DNA of 64,000 bases from Lingula anatina (lineage: Eukaryota > Animalia > Brachiopoda), in NCBI GenBank assembly GCA_051362555.1, contig CM120648.1:8366587-8430586 (forward strand), in the 5' to 3' direction. Position numbers and translations under genes: made by a program. This document shows positions 35,609-49,007 of the stretch, one piece after another. Each line of letters opens with the position of its first letter. Positions within the stretch are counted from its first letter, which is position 1. The notes under the pieces are model-generated. The model saw only the letters and a program-made list of their open reading frames with translations, searched no databases and was not told the origin of the DNA.

Positions 35609-38595
35609 TTATATGTAATTTTCTCCAATTTCACCTAAAATCACAGGACTTGACGTGTAATCTGGTGTGTCACTCTCGCTTTGGTCATCACTCTCACTTT
35701 CACTCTCACGAACGAGACAAGCCGCAGGATAGTCGTAAAGAACACACCTATCACCATTTTCTGGCGACGTGCTTACGTCATAGTCCGGCGTGACGTCACA
35801 TTCCAGCGATTCGTCCTGGAGCGATATGAAGTCACCCGCAAGGCTGTAAAGGGGATCATTGTCATAATCCGATGGTGGTTTGTCTGACGCTGGATAGGGT
35901 GGAAGCGGTAAATCTTCAACGGGCATAAACGAATTTTGTGGATAATCATACAGTGGGTCGAAATCCACGCCATCTTGGGCATCCACGACAGAGGAGGGGT
36001 TATCAACATCTGGTGATTCGAATGCATTGTAAATAGGGTTTGTGAAGTCTACAAGAGCAATGGAGCCGCGCGAATTAGTCTGAAACACCATATTTGTGTT
36101 TGCAAAATCAACAGCTGAAAAACTCGATCCATTTTGATTTTCAAGCGACATAGGGCCATAATTACTTGTTGTTACGTCAGTCTCATCTTGTCCGACTTGC
36201 CCAGCGACATCTATGGGATTGTTAGGACGTCTGCTAGGTGCCCTGGGGAACAAGTATAAGAAAATCCTACAGCGATTATTGTGAAGTTTCCTATACTTAA
36301 AAATCATTGCTATGAGATGTTCAATCTCTCTTGAATGAATATTCTTGAATGGGGGTTGGGGTAGTATGGGGAAAGAATAGCCTAATTCTGCTGGAGAACG
36401 TAAGCTGACGGAAACAATTAGCCTACCAAAAATGTGACTAACTTTGTGGTTTGGTGAGTGATACTGCACTCTCTATACGAAAAATTAATTTCTGTTTATT
36501 AGTAATTTATAGTAATAGCCAGTATTTTCACTTTTTTAAACACGAGGGTGGTCCTGTAATAAAACGCAACATGTGAGTAGGCCCTAAAGATGATAAAGAC
36601 GAAAAAATGATATTGATTTCTATTTATCAAAAACTGCAGCTAGTTTGTCGCTTGGTGAATGACGCTGCCTTTGATATCAAATATTAATTTCTGCTTATTA
36701 GTAATATATACTAAAAGTCATTTCCAAAATCAGCAATATATGGGGAAATCATGCTTTGTTAACTGTGTGAGTATATTCACTATTTGAAACACCGGGGTCG
36801 TCTTTAATAAAACGCAACATTTGAGTAAAAATGTGAAAAAAAAAAATGATTTTTGTCTCTCTGGCTCACCGTCTGCTCTCCCTGTGATATAACTTTATTT
36901 CTTTAACCAGCCGCGCTGATCGTCTGCTGTATCCTGGGATCAGAGCTAAGTTTATCTTCCCCTGGAATCTGAAATTAAACATCAGTAATTGAAAAACCTT
37001 GTCAAATATTTCTTCTGAATCACAACAGGATCCAGGGGCAGATGGAGGCCATCTTCTGGGTCTTCCGGAAGACAGTCAGAATTTTTCAAGTTAACATTGA
37101 CATCTGATTTTTTTCTGTTTGAATGCTGTCAGTTATGGAGGGTGGATCAACAAAGATTATTAGGAAGACTGTCAGAAATGTATCTGGATCAACCCCTGGC
37201 GTTCATCTGGCGTGTCTGGGGTACGCCAAAGTCACATTCCTTGCGCTTATTTACCAATGCAATTTATTTGCACTCCCGTTCGCCATGATGACATCCTCAT
37301 TTCTACAGCTCACATGAGTGAGTCAGCCGTATGAACGGGGTATTTTAGAGTAAGGATAAAAAGGCCATGGCTCATACTCTAAGTAGGTGAAAAAGTCAAA
37401 AACATTAACCTGTTCCGTTGTCATTATTCAAAAGTTTTTTTTTTGCAAGCAACTTCGATGAATAGATTTATTTGGCAATCAATGTTACAGTTCTGTAGTG
37501 GTTTAGTAATTGTTCACATATTTATCGTTTCACAAACGATACACTGTAGATAATTAAACACGGGAAAAATTCCCAACTTTATCCTGGTCCCCTTTTTTAG
37601 AAAGCCTCGAAATCATGAAGCAGGTTTGTCGTCTCGTGTACATGTGCGAACAGTACTGAAATCGAGATTTTTGTTTGGAGATAGGCATACTTTACCTTTT
37701 TGCACACACGCAACTAATGAGTAAAACTATTCCAATGACTGTCAATACAAGCAATGCGGCTCCGATACCGATGATAAGTTCTGAAATGCAAAAAATATAT
37801 ATAACACAGTGTGGTCGCCGTTACTGCATACTTTCACTAAAGAAATTTGATTTTTTTCGTTTTGGGATATAAAGGACGCTTTGATGCTCTTAACAGTGGA
37901 ACATACAATCTGTCTACATGTATTATCTTAGACAACTTCAATATTGAGACATTTAAAACATCAAGTTTATGCTTAACTGATTTAGGATGGACATATTCAC
38001 TTTGAGAGATCCTAATATGCAATTACACCCTTTCGAAAGTTCTCTGCATGTTCGTTCCCTGTTGTTAAACCATTTATTGGCCACTACGATCGCAGATGCT
38101 CCGTTTAAGTGACTCTCTCATGTTGTAGCCGGACTATTATGTTGTCAGTCTCTTTCTGAGTGAACTGGTCCAGATTGGGTCAGTCAAATAAACTGCTCAG
38201 TGCGAAACGAGCCTATGGGAGCGTTCACAACCAGTTGATCCGCGGACTAAATATGGCCGACCTACTTCAAAGATTGTTGCGTAACCCCCTACTAGACACT
38301 AAATAGGTACCTGCGGGGATTTCGCGGCAAGCTTTTGGCTGAGATTTCAACTGGGTCGGCCTTATTTGATCCGTGGACTAGTTAGTCCGAGGATCAACTG
38401 GTTCTGGATGCTCTCTTTGTCTGTTTTTTTTCGGTGCTAGCTGTTATCTGGCTGAATGACATTCGGACAGACAGACGGACAAACAGACTGTCAGCAGTCG
38501 CATTACTTTAACTACTTAATGATAAAAGCAACAAACAAAATCTGGATCTATTGTATCTCAGCACATTAATTCTTACTTTCTTCATCGGTGTCCAT
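35609..38595 (-). CDS. Type III single-pass membrane protein with acidic multi-tyrosine tail (LAT/PAG-like transmembrane adaptor design), ~278 aa
   Basis: Exons 38595-38577 (MDTDEE; may extend upstream via 38660 and exon 38967-38934), 37780-37696 (85-nt TM exon KLIIGIGAALLVLTVIGIVLLISCVCAKR), 36968-36870 and 36242-35609 (12 Tyr: YGPM, FTNPIY, LYDYP x2, LYSL). GT-AG, phases 1,2,2. Confidence 0.8.
37032..37198. mobile_element. MITE, second copy of the 25518-25677 family
   Basis: caggggcagat..tcttctgggtcttccggaagac.gtcaga..ggatcaacccctg. Confidence 0.7.
38217..38415. mobile_element. Palindromic MITE-like element
   Basis: gagcgttcacaaccagttgatccgcggact ... agtccgaggatcaactggttctggatgctc inverted ends. 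Confidence 0.6.
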
Positions 38596-40786
38596 CTCTG
38601 GGTCTGCTTCCGTTGACTTAACTGCACACGCACTCTTTCGCCCCGGTGCTACTGCTTTGACTGACTTAAACATAAGAGAGATAAAATATTTTACTTGCAC
38701 TGTGGTTTGCTAATTTGTTTAAGGAACAAAACATAAGATTTTACTTGCTGTACTTTTTTTTAAATTCTATTATAGATATAATTTTAAAAGGGACAAAAAG
38801 CTGAAAGGAAGCAATGCAAGGGTTGTGGAAGATTTTTCAGGTACTTGATTTACTAGATTTTCGCCCCAAAGAAGTAAAGGGTGACATTTAGAAAATTTTA
38901 CGAGTGAAAAATAAATAATATTCATGCACTTACCTGTCAATATTTGGACCGAGGACATAAATATCATGAATGCCTCTGTAGGAATATTTTTGATTCATGT
39001 GTCACGACATTTACATGTATGTCCCGTAAAATCCGTTCAGATGTAACTAGTTAGACATCCGGCAAATCTGGTAGAACGCTGGTGTGATTTTGTGACTCCT
39101 TTATTCGTCAGTTGTGAGAGAATATTAGCACACGATAGTAAGAAGTATCAACGTCCAAATTTCTCATCAGAGCTTTACATTTAACATATTGTTATTTGAA
39201 ACTAATATAATCCCCGACTGAGACTTGTAAATCAACTTATACTGTAAACGTAGCACTAGTACTTCGGCATTCAACTTGTGAACAGCTGAGTATTCAAAAA
39301 CCAACTGATAGAATACAAACCATCATATATATATATACACACATTAAAAACACAAGCTTCGTAAAAATAACTAAATGTCATATTAATTTCTGATCCCTAA
39401 AGACCAGATATGTCTTCACCCTGCCTGTCAGATTGAAACATGGCGGTTTCATTTAAAACACCTACTCTATGAATCAAGTAGGACCTCCTAGCGCAAGAAA
39501 ATCAGGGTACAAATTAAGTGTTATCAAATTATTGAAATCTCAGACGAGGATTAGTGGAGATCATTAGTGATACTAGACCTTTGTTCCCACTTGCGTTACT
39601 ATTGTCTTGACGCCGCGTTATCTATTTCAGTCACTTTTGGCCGTACCCTCAAACGTGAGAGTTAGATAACAACAATGTTATGCATTTATATAAACGGGAA
39701 ATTAAATTTTGATTTAACGTTATCTACGCACATACTCGAGAGACTTTGCCAGAGTGCAAATGGACCACACGCACAAGTGCTTAGTTTAATATGTGAAACA
39801 TTTGATCTATTTTCACTTGATTAACGAGTCATTTTTATCATGTGAAAATGAAAGTTTTAATTCATTGGCTTGTTATGAACAGAGATAGTTGCTTTAAACG
39901 TTAGCTTCAGTATGAACTTTAATTACGACTTATCTTTATCTCATCTTTATCTTGTTGTGTTAGTATAACTCTTGTTACACTGACCCACTCTCGGCATTAA
40001 ATTTCATTAAAGTTCATTTAAAGTGCACTGACACTGATGTATAAAATTGACGTTGACTCTAACATATTGTTAAAGCCCCAACTTTCAGGGGGGGGGGGGG
40101 GAGTGGGTATAAAATCGTTCTCCAAACGGTAGCAGGCCCTGAGTATTGGGGTTACAGGAACAAGGGCTTAAATAATTAAGGCACCTTTCTATCAGAAAGT
40201 TTGCGAGATTTCATTGGGATGCCAATGTTAAACACAACAGGCAGTGCTTCAATTGTTAAGTATCTGAGCACATGTTAATTTAATAATTAATTAAGTACTA
40301 ATTATATATGATACAAGTACTCATGAAAGGTTACAAATGCTCTAGGTGTGTTTCGTAAAGCTGTGATTGGTATTTAGATGTCTGTACAGGTAAACATTCT
40401 AATGTGTGCTCATGTAGTCACCGTCATATTGTATGTTATTTGTCTCGAAGATATTGTTTCCATGACAACAACACAGTGCATGCTATAAATCACCATCTCT
40501 AAATACGTTCAAAACTATCTAACATAAGATAACGGTGTTTTTAGAGTCTCTTTGTGTATATTTGGGCATTCATTTTTTGGACATACAGCACATGTAATGC
40601 CTTTGTATTACCATATATGCATCCAGTTACACTGTATATACTGTTAGTAATAAGAACAAGTACAAGTCTAATTCGGACCCAGATTTTTTATATCTAATAC
40701 ATTGTTTGTGTGTTCCCAGCAAAGATGTATTAAATTGCTGACGTCAAAACTACAAATACGTTTTTAAACGTCTTTCTGCTACGTCA

Positions 40787-43700
40787 TCAAATTTTGGATA
40801 CGTCACCACTTTTGCAGTCCATGCTGAATTCAGAGGGCCTTCTATCGCCATATTCCTCGTTTTCTACAAGACCGAGTTCTGATGGCGTCACAGAAAGATT
40901 GCGAAACATTGGGTTTTTAAACTCCACCCTCTCTAGCGTTTCGATATCATCATAGTCAGAACGAGGCTGTTTGCGTCTTCTGCAACAAAAAACAAGGACC
41001 ACCCTTATCTCTTTTGCATGTCGTAAATACTAGTACATGACCTTTGGAACTGATTTCACATTCAGACTGTCGTTTAACAGAAATAAATTTATGTTTATCG
41101 AAGATCAAAATGGGTTATTATCAAAAACACGTTTTAACACTGAATGTGGCTTTGACCAACGAACGTGAAAGCATATGTTTTACCTTTGCAATGCTATGAC
41201 GACTACCACGACTACAAGCACCAGAAGTAATATTCCACCACCTGCGCCAGATCCAATATACGTATACATTTCTGGAATAGGAACTTGTTTTTAGCAGCCA
41301 CATAAAATGTAGAAAAAGACGTGTTGTTCCATAATGTGTTATCAAATGATGAGAATAAGAATTATCAAAATGTCCTTATCCGTTTCAGAAAAACCTTATT
41401 GGTTATATTATTGTCTTAAAATCCTGTGAGCAACACAAGACAAACATTTTTAACAGACAAAGATCAGAGTGCGGGTTAAGGAAACTTAACCGATGAATTC
41501 TTCAACATGTGCTTTTCACTAAATTCCACAGTATTTTAATATCAAAACTGACAATACTCACGTTGCTCAGCCTTGCGTTTTGCCGCTTCTTGCTGAGAAG
41601 CCGACCCCTCCATTGCGCTCTCTGGTGTGGTCGACTTGCCGGTTAAGGGGCTGCCATTTGATGGTGTTGTCTCACGCGATGGCGTCGTGTCGCTCTTTCT
41701 GTCCGTAGATTTTCTGGAGGACGCTGTAGCGACTGTTTTGGTCGATAGGACTGTAAACACAGCTGGACCGAAACTCTGTGACCCCGTTGAGGTGCTCCTA
41801 ACGGTGGTTGTTGCGGCGGTTGGCGTGGCAGTTGTTTTAGACATATTTGATGAGGTTTGCGTAGTTTTCGTAGTCTTAGTAGAAGTAGGTGTGGTTTTAT
41901 ATTTTGTTGTGGTAGGTGTTGGGGGTGTCGCACTAGTTGATGTTGTAGAAGGCAGTGTTGTAGTAGTTTTAAAAATAGTCGGTGACTTTGGTGCTGAGGA
42001 AGTAGAAGTTTTGGTGGGTAAAGACGATGCGGTTGTTGTAGCTGTAGAACTAGATTTTCCTGTACTTGTAGACTTTGTCTTGGAAATATCTGTTGAGAGA
42101 ACAGCTACAGAAGGCGTATTTGTAGCGGGCATTGTAGTTGTAGTTGGTTTTGTGCTAATTGTTGTTGTTGTTGTTGTTGTGGGAGTGGTTGTAACTGCAG
42201 TGGTTGGTATCTTAGTTGCAGTAGATGTAGTTGGTGTAGTAGTTGCAGATGATGAAGTGGTTGTAGTAGAACTAGTAGTAGTGGTGGACGGAGTAGTCGT
42301 GGGTTCTGTCTTCACTGTAGTAGTTAGCAACGTTCCTGTGTGAAAACAGTAAACAGATTACATTCACGACACAAAAACATGACATAGTGATTTACTTATC
42401 TAAAATAAGTCAAATTTCAGTTCAGTGAAAACTCCACTTTATTTAAACAATGGATGTATTTAATTATTATTTTACAATCAAAACATAATTACGCACCCAA
42501 TACGTATTACCACTCAGCAAACATAAAACGCTTCATAACGTTACGATAACTTTTTTGGTTAAATAAACGTTATGGTAACGTTCTAATAACGTTCTGTGTT
42601 TGCTGGTGTCCGTTATTGTACTTCTCTTACAGACTGTTCATGTTATGTGTTATGTGCCCTCACCGTATTGGCACAAATAGCTGGCCCTGGCAATACAGGT
42701 AACGTCATGCCATCTCCATTTGGTGTTGAAAAAGGAGATGCCGTGGTAGATCTGAACACAATACTCGAAACCCAAGTTCTGCAAAGTGTCAAATGGTGGA
42801 GTCCAACCAGAGGTGGGGAGAGGGGTGCCTTGAATGAATGTGTGAAATGCGAGACTGGAGCAAGTCGTTGTTCTGCACGTAGAAGTTCAAAAGTTGTACC
42901 CAGCAAACACGTCAAGTTGGTAGCACGTGGTTAATCCGTCGCTATGATAATGTGGTAGCAACGTGCTAGCCACGTGATCCGAACGTGACGTGTTTGCTGG
43001 GTACAAGACTTTTGCTTCAATGTATAAAAACGGTCACTCAATTGGTCATTATTCAAAACTTTTAGAGGGTTTTTACACAATACATTAATGCATAAACCAA
43101 GTACATCTTTACACATTTGTTTTATTATATGCCATATTTACCTGAACCAACCCACACCCACTTCATACTCCTAGTGGGATCATGTAGGCCTATCCACGTG
43201 GAGCTATCAATAATTCCCGTCAGTCCGTCCTTAAGTCGCACCCAGACATCGTTATTTATAGCCTCAGCAAGAGTGCCGCCATATCTCCTGCAGTCGTCAA
43301 GAGCATCTGCCCATGACTTTTTCTCCGAGTACATGCCCGTCACGTATTCGTAACAAATACCGCCGATGGTTTTTGTCACCACCTTTACCCCAGCTGGTCG
43401 GTTTGGACAACTGGCTACTGTTATTTTCTTAGTACTCGACACGATGGGGTTAAACGATGTTATAGAGGTTGATGAAGCTGTGGTTGACATGGTTGTTGTA
43501 GGGGCTGTCGTTGTAGTTGGTGTTGTAGTCTGCATAGTTGTAGCTGATGTAGTAGTTGTAGTGGGTGTGGTAGATGTGGTAGGAGTAGTTGTAGTCGGTG
43601 TAGTATTTGTAGTGGGTGTAGTTGTTGTGGTAGGAGTAGTTGTAGACGGTGTAGTAGTTGTAGTGGGTGTAGTAGTTGTGGTGGGTGTTGTAGTTGTAGT

Positions 43701-46700
43701 TGGTGTAGTAGTTGTAGTAGGTGTTGTAGTTGTTGTTGGTGTAGTAGTTGTAGTAGGTGTAGTAGCTGTGGTGGGTGTAGTAGTTGTAGTAGGTGTAGTA
43801 GTTGTGGTGGGTGTAGTAGTTGAGGTAAGCGTTGTAGTTGTAGTGGGTGTAGTTGTTGTAGTTGGTGTAGTAGTTGTAGTGGGTGTAGTTGTTGTGGTAA
43901 GCGTTGTAGTTGTAGTTGGTGTAGTAGTTGTAGTAGGTGTTGTAGTTGTTGTTGGTGTAGTAGTTGTAGTAGGTGTAGTAGCTGTGGTGGGTGTAGTAGT
44001 TGTAGTAGGTGTAGTAGTTGTGGTGGGCGTAGTAGGTATAGTAGTTGTAGTTGGTGTAGTAGTTGTAGTTGGTTTAGTAGTTGTAGTGGGTGTAGTAGTT
44101 GTAGTAGGTGTAGTAGTTGTAGTTGGTCTAGTAGTTGTGGTAGGCGTTGAGGTTGTAGTAGTTGTGGTAGGCCTTGTAGTTGTAGTGGGCTTAGTTGTTG
44201 TAGTAGTTGTAGTGGGTGTAGTAGTTGTGGTAGGCGTTGTAATTGTAGTGGATGTAGAAGTGGTAGTAGGTGTAGTAGTTGTAGTAGGTGTAGTCGTTGT
44301 TGTAGGTGTTGTAGTTGTAGTGGGGTTAGTAGTTGTTGTAGGTGTAGTTGGTGTAGTTGTTGTGGTGAATGTTGTAGTTGTAGTTGGTGTAGTAGTTGTA
44401 GTGGGTGTAGTAGTTGTGGTAGGCGTAGTAGTTGTAGTTGGTGTAGTAGTTGTGGTAGGCGTTGTGGTTGTAGTAGTTGTAGTGGGCGTAGTAGTTGTGG
44501 TAGGCATTGTGGTTGTAGTAGTTGTAGCTGGTGTAGTAGTTGTAGTGGGTGTAGTTGCTGTAGTGGGTGTAGTAGTTGTAGTGGATGTAGTAGCTGTAGT
44601 GGGTGTAGTAGTTGTAGTGGAAGTAGTAGTTGTGGTAGGTGTAGTAGTTGAAGGCTTTGTGGTTGTAGTTTGCGTAGTAGTCGTAGCAGGTGTGGTAGTT
44701 GTGGTAGGCACTGTAGTTGTAGTAGGTGTAGTAGTTGTAGTAAGCGTTGTAGTTGTAGTGGGTGTAGTTGTTGTAGTTGGTGTAGTAGTTGTAGTTGGTG
44801 TAGTAGTTGTGGTAGGCGTTGTAGTTGTAGTTGGTGTAGTAGTTGTAGTAGGTGTAGTAGTTGTGGTAGGCGTTGTAGTTGTAGTGGGTGTAGTTGTTGT
44901 AGTAGGTGTAGTGGTTGTAGTTGGTGTAGTAGTTGTAGTGGATGTAGTAGTTGTAGTTGGCGTAGTAGTTGTACTTGGTGTAGTAGTTGTGGAAGGTGTA
45001 GTAGTTGTAGTTGGCGTAGTAGTTGTAGTTGGTGTAGTAGTTGTAGTTGGTGTAGTTGTTGTAGTTGGCGTAGTAGTTGTAGTGGGTGTAGTAGTTGTGG
45101 TAGGCGTTGTAGTGGTATTTGGCGTAGTAGTTGTAGTGGGTGTAGTAGTTGTAGTTGGCGTAGTAGTTGTAGTGGGTGTAGTAGTTGTAGTGGGTGTAGT
45201 AGTTGTGGTAGGCGTTGTAGTGGTAGTTGGTGTAGTAGTTGTAGTAGGTGTAGTAGTTGTAGTGGGTGTAGTAGTTGTAGTGGGTGTAATGGTTGTAGTG
45301 GATGTAGTAGTTGTAGTTGGTGTAGTAGTTGTAGTAGGCGTTGTAGTGGTAGTTGGCGTAGTAGTTGTAGTGGGCGTAGTAGTTGTAGTGGGTGTAGTAG
45401 TTGTGGTAGGCGTTGTAGTTGTAGTTGGTGTAGTAGTTGCAGTGGGTGTAGTAGTTGTAGTGGGTGTAGTAGTTGTAGTGGGTGTAGTAGTTGTGGTAGG
45501 CGTTGTAGTTGCAGTGGGTGTAGTAGTTGTAGTGGGTGTAGTAGTTGTAGTGGGTGTAGTAGTTGTAGTGGGTGTAGTAGTTGTGGTAGGCGTTGTAGTT
45601 GTAGTGGGTGTAGTAGTTGTAGTAGGTGTAATAGTTGTAGTGGGTGTAGTAGTTGTAGTAGGCGTTGTAGTGGTAGTGGGTGTAATAGTTGTAGTGGGTG
45701 TAGTAGTTGTGGTAGGCGTTGTAGTGGTAGTTGGCGTAGTAGTTGTAGTAGGTGTAGTGGTAGTAGTCGTACTAGTTGTTGTCAGGAAAGGACCTGAAAT
45801 CAAAACGTTTTACATAAATTGTAAGGACTGACAAAGGTACCCTTAGCACGGCACAACTGACTTTGCATTGCTGCTGGTTAACTTCCAGAGTACGATGTCA
45901 AAATATTTCGAATTAACAATATTACAGTATATACAATATTATATATTGTTTCATACATATCTTTCATGAGTTTTTAATCAATATGACAGCGTTCTTAAAT
46001 ATATTTTTACGTTGTGCGATAATATCTGCTAATAACACTTGAAAAATTCTACAGACTTAATCTGTATATATACTGACAGTCAATGGAAACGCATCATTCA
46101 TTTATCAAATAATATTTTAAGTTCCTTTGGCACATTAAAAAAAAAAACAGTTTTCGTGTGAAATATGTGAAATATGAAATTGTGGTCAGCCCACTCTCTT
46201 ATGACCAAACAAGATTCTCGGTAAAAAAAAGTACAAGTGAGTTTTCTGATGCGTTTTCATTGACTGTCAGTATATATTCTCATGTGCATAATCCCATTTT
46301 TTTCATTTTAGATCTGTCATATATCACGAATCTTTGTGCTCCAACTTCAATAAACAAACCTTGCTTCAATCACAGATTATAAGACGTCTTTTATTTTCCA
46401 TTGTAACATTTGATGTTATTATTGAAAATTGTTTGATTAGATTTCCTAGCATTTTCTAATCTCTCAACGTACTTGAAATGAATTAAAACTGCAAAACTTT
46501 CATAGCCTCTAGATAACATTATTTAAAATAAACTGCGACTTTCTAGAGTAAAAAATAGAAACCCGTTCTCTTGGGGTCGAATTCAAGTGCGAAATCGCTA
46601 GCCACGTTACCAAGGCCCATACAGCAGATGGTAGATCATAGCGTCGTTTACGTCTTTCATTATTTAGTCTTTAAATATGAGATAATACGCTGTTACCTGA

Positions 46701-48645
46701 GCAAAATATGCCAGAACACCCAGAGTGTGAGGGAGCGGTGTTCAAGGCATTTTATGCGAGAGACTGGCAGTGTATTATCTGACATATATGCATACCGAGA
46801 GAAAGTACATGTACTCGCATTTCACCAAAAAACATTCCTTCAACCGAATAAAGCGTATGCCGCCACGGTAACATCTCTATGTATGTTTGTCAATAATTAT
46901 TCTGTTCAGTTTTACTCACCGTATTGGCATAGGTATTTAGCCTTGTTTGTACAGCTGTTATCATGCCATGACCATTTTTTATTGAACCAGCTGTACCCCT
47001 GATATATCTGTACGCAGTACTCGTAACCGCGGTTTTGGTTATTGTCCCATGGAATTTTCCATCCTGTCTCGGGTAGAAGGGTACCTAAAACATGATTAAC
47101 AGATGATTATGTGACATTCTCGACGCCTCTGCCAAAGTTGGTTAGTATTGTACGCAAGTCAGATTTTGTACGAAAATGGCGCTATCAATGAAATTTATAC
47201 TTAATGTGCTGGTAGGTGTAGAAGTGGCAGTGGGTGTAGTACTGTAGTGAAAGTTGTAGTTGGTGTACATGTGGTTGCTGTTGACCTTTAATGCACTAGT
47301 TGGTTTGCGTTGGCACGCGGCCCCAACATGAAACGCTACTAACAAAAGTTTCTTAATATGTACATTACTTTTTAAAGGGATAACAATTCTTCGCATGGAA
47401 TCTATATTTCACAATAAAAACCTGGTAAACAACTCAAGGAAATATAGTATATTCTATTTCACCACCAAAAATAATGGCAGTTAAAGCAATTATTCTAAAA
47501 TCTGTGCTTGTCATCCGACCATGTTACCTATATACATGTGGATGGCTATTGTCTGTAATAATATCTTAAGAGATTATTACAAAAAAGCAAACTTTCTAGA
47601 AAAAAAACAAAAAACAGGGAATAAATATGAATCTAGAAATGGATTCATTAACCATTGGTAAGGCTGGGAAAATTGTTGTTTACCCCAGGAAAATTCACTT
47701 TTTGGCCAAAATGAACGGTTTTTATCCCTTTAATATTAACTATCTTGCCTGATCCAACCCATTCCCACCGCTTGTTCTTCTGTGGATCATGGAGACCTAT
47801 CCACGTTGTACTTTTCATAATACTGTTAAAACCATCCTTGATGTCCTGCCAAATTTCACTACTAATTGCCTCCGCCAAGGTGCCGTTGTACAGCCTACAA
47901 TCCGCCAAGGCATCCTCCCAATTCTTCGAAGAACTGTACATTCCAGACACGTATTCGTAGCAAATACCGTTGATGATTTTTGTCTCTATCTTGATATTTC
48001 TATCGGTAGGTCGCATTGGACAACTGACAGCATTGGCCCCTAGAAATAGCATTTATACAGTATTATAGTTTCTTACAGTACCATAAATGAACGCAAGAAT
48101 AAATATTTTTTCTCTGTTTCACAGGTTAAGCGAAATATCATAGTGAAAATAATTTCTGGGTGAGATGAATACAACGCAACACTGCATATTATTTCTTACA
48201 TCGAAACTTATTATTTTCTATTTCAATCTAATTTTATTTATTTTTTACTTTATATCGAAAACGTTTTTTCCTAGGTATTGTAATGATATTAATGTTTGTT
48301 CTACAAGGAAGTAGATTGGACCTTTATACTTCCTTTGTTTTACATACTCCACCAAAACAACAAATAATAAGTGGGTGTATTTTCATAAAATCGTTTGTCA
48401 TCTGGCATTACCATTTGACAAGAAAGAAATTCATTGCTGAAATCCATTATACCTCATGTATAATGAAGAAATGTACATGTCTAAATAACTATTAGTGAAT
48501 TTCCTGCAATGCATTCATAAATTTAAAAAATCGTATTAAGCTTACCCTTTGGTAGAAGTGCAAAAACGCAAATTGCAATCACTGCCAAAATCCTAAATCT
48601 TTGTCTAAGACTGTGTTGCTGCGCGTTACTCCCTGTGATTAACAT
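40787..48645 (-). CDS. Type I membrane C-type lectin-mucin protein (SP-CTLD-mucin-CTLD-mucin-TM-tail), 8 exons, ~1475 aa
   Basis: Exons 48645-48546, 48039-47749 (CTLD1a, WIGL; GC donor), 47084-46920 (CTLD1b, WHD..C..YLCQY), 45793-43142 ((T5P)n mucin plus CTLD2a), 42828-42664 (CTLD2b), 42335-41562 (mucin), 41271-41184 (TM) and 40979-40787 (tail with FKNPMF). Total 4428 nt, in frame. Confidence 0.87.
42899..43001. mobile_element. Small TA-flanked MITE; degenerate sibling at ~42513-42607
   Basis: 16-bp TIR cccagcaaacacgtca / tgacgtgtttgctggg with TA on both sides. Confidence 0.75.
43480..45780 (-). repeat. 18-bp coding minisatellite encoding (TTTTTP)n mucin
   Basis: gtagtagttgtagtgggt-type units on the + strand; 892-aa ORF. 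Confidence 0.95.
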
Positions 48646-48957
48646 GGCGAAAGCTTAACTCGTAACTGGTCGCACACCTATTGATATACCGTATATTAAG
48701 AACTGGAGGAAGGTGAATTTGGTCTGTTCGTGGGATGATATCGATGAATACATGACAACAATAGGGAGTGCACAAGTCCAACATGAAGGCGAAAGTTCTC
48801 TTGGCTGTGTACCGTCCATGTCAGCGGTTCAATAAGACAATGCGTTACGTCATCCGCGGCCAGATCAAACACGCTCCAGCTATATAGTTAAAGCCAGTCT
48901 TAAGTTTCAAAGCAGAGATTTTGAATATAAGATTTGCGACCTCCTCCTACCTCCATA

Positions 48958-49007
<50 letters not shown>

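Noticed and set aside
43366-45831. 821-aa Val/Gly ORF and 375-aa Cys/Ser metallothionein- or keratin-like ORF (44670-45797)
   Set aside because: Both arise from the complement of the ACN-rich (T5P)n repeat; no independent gene signals.
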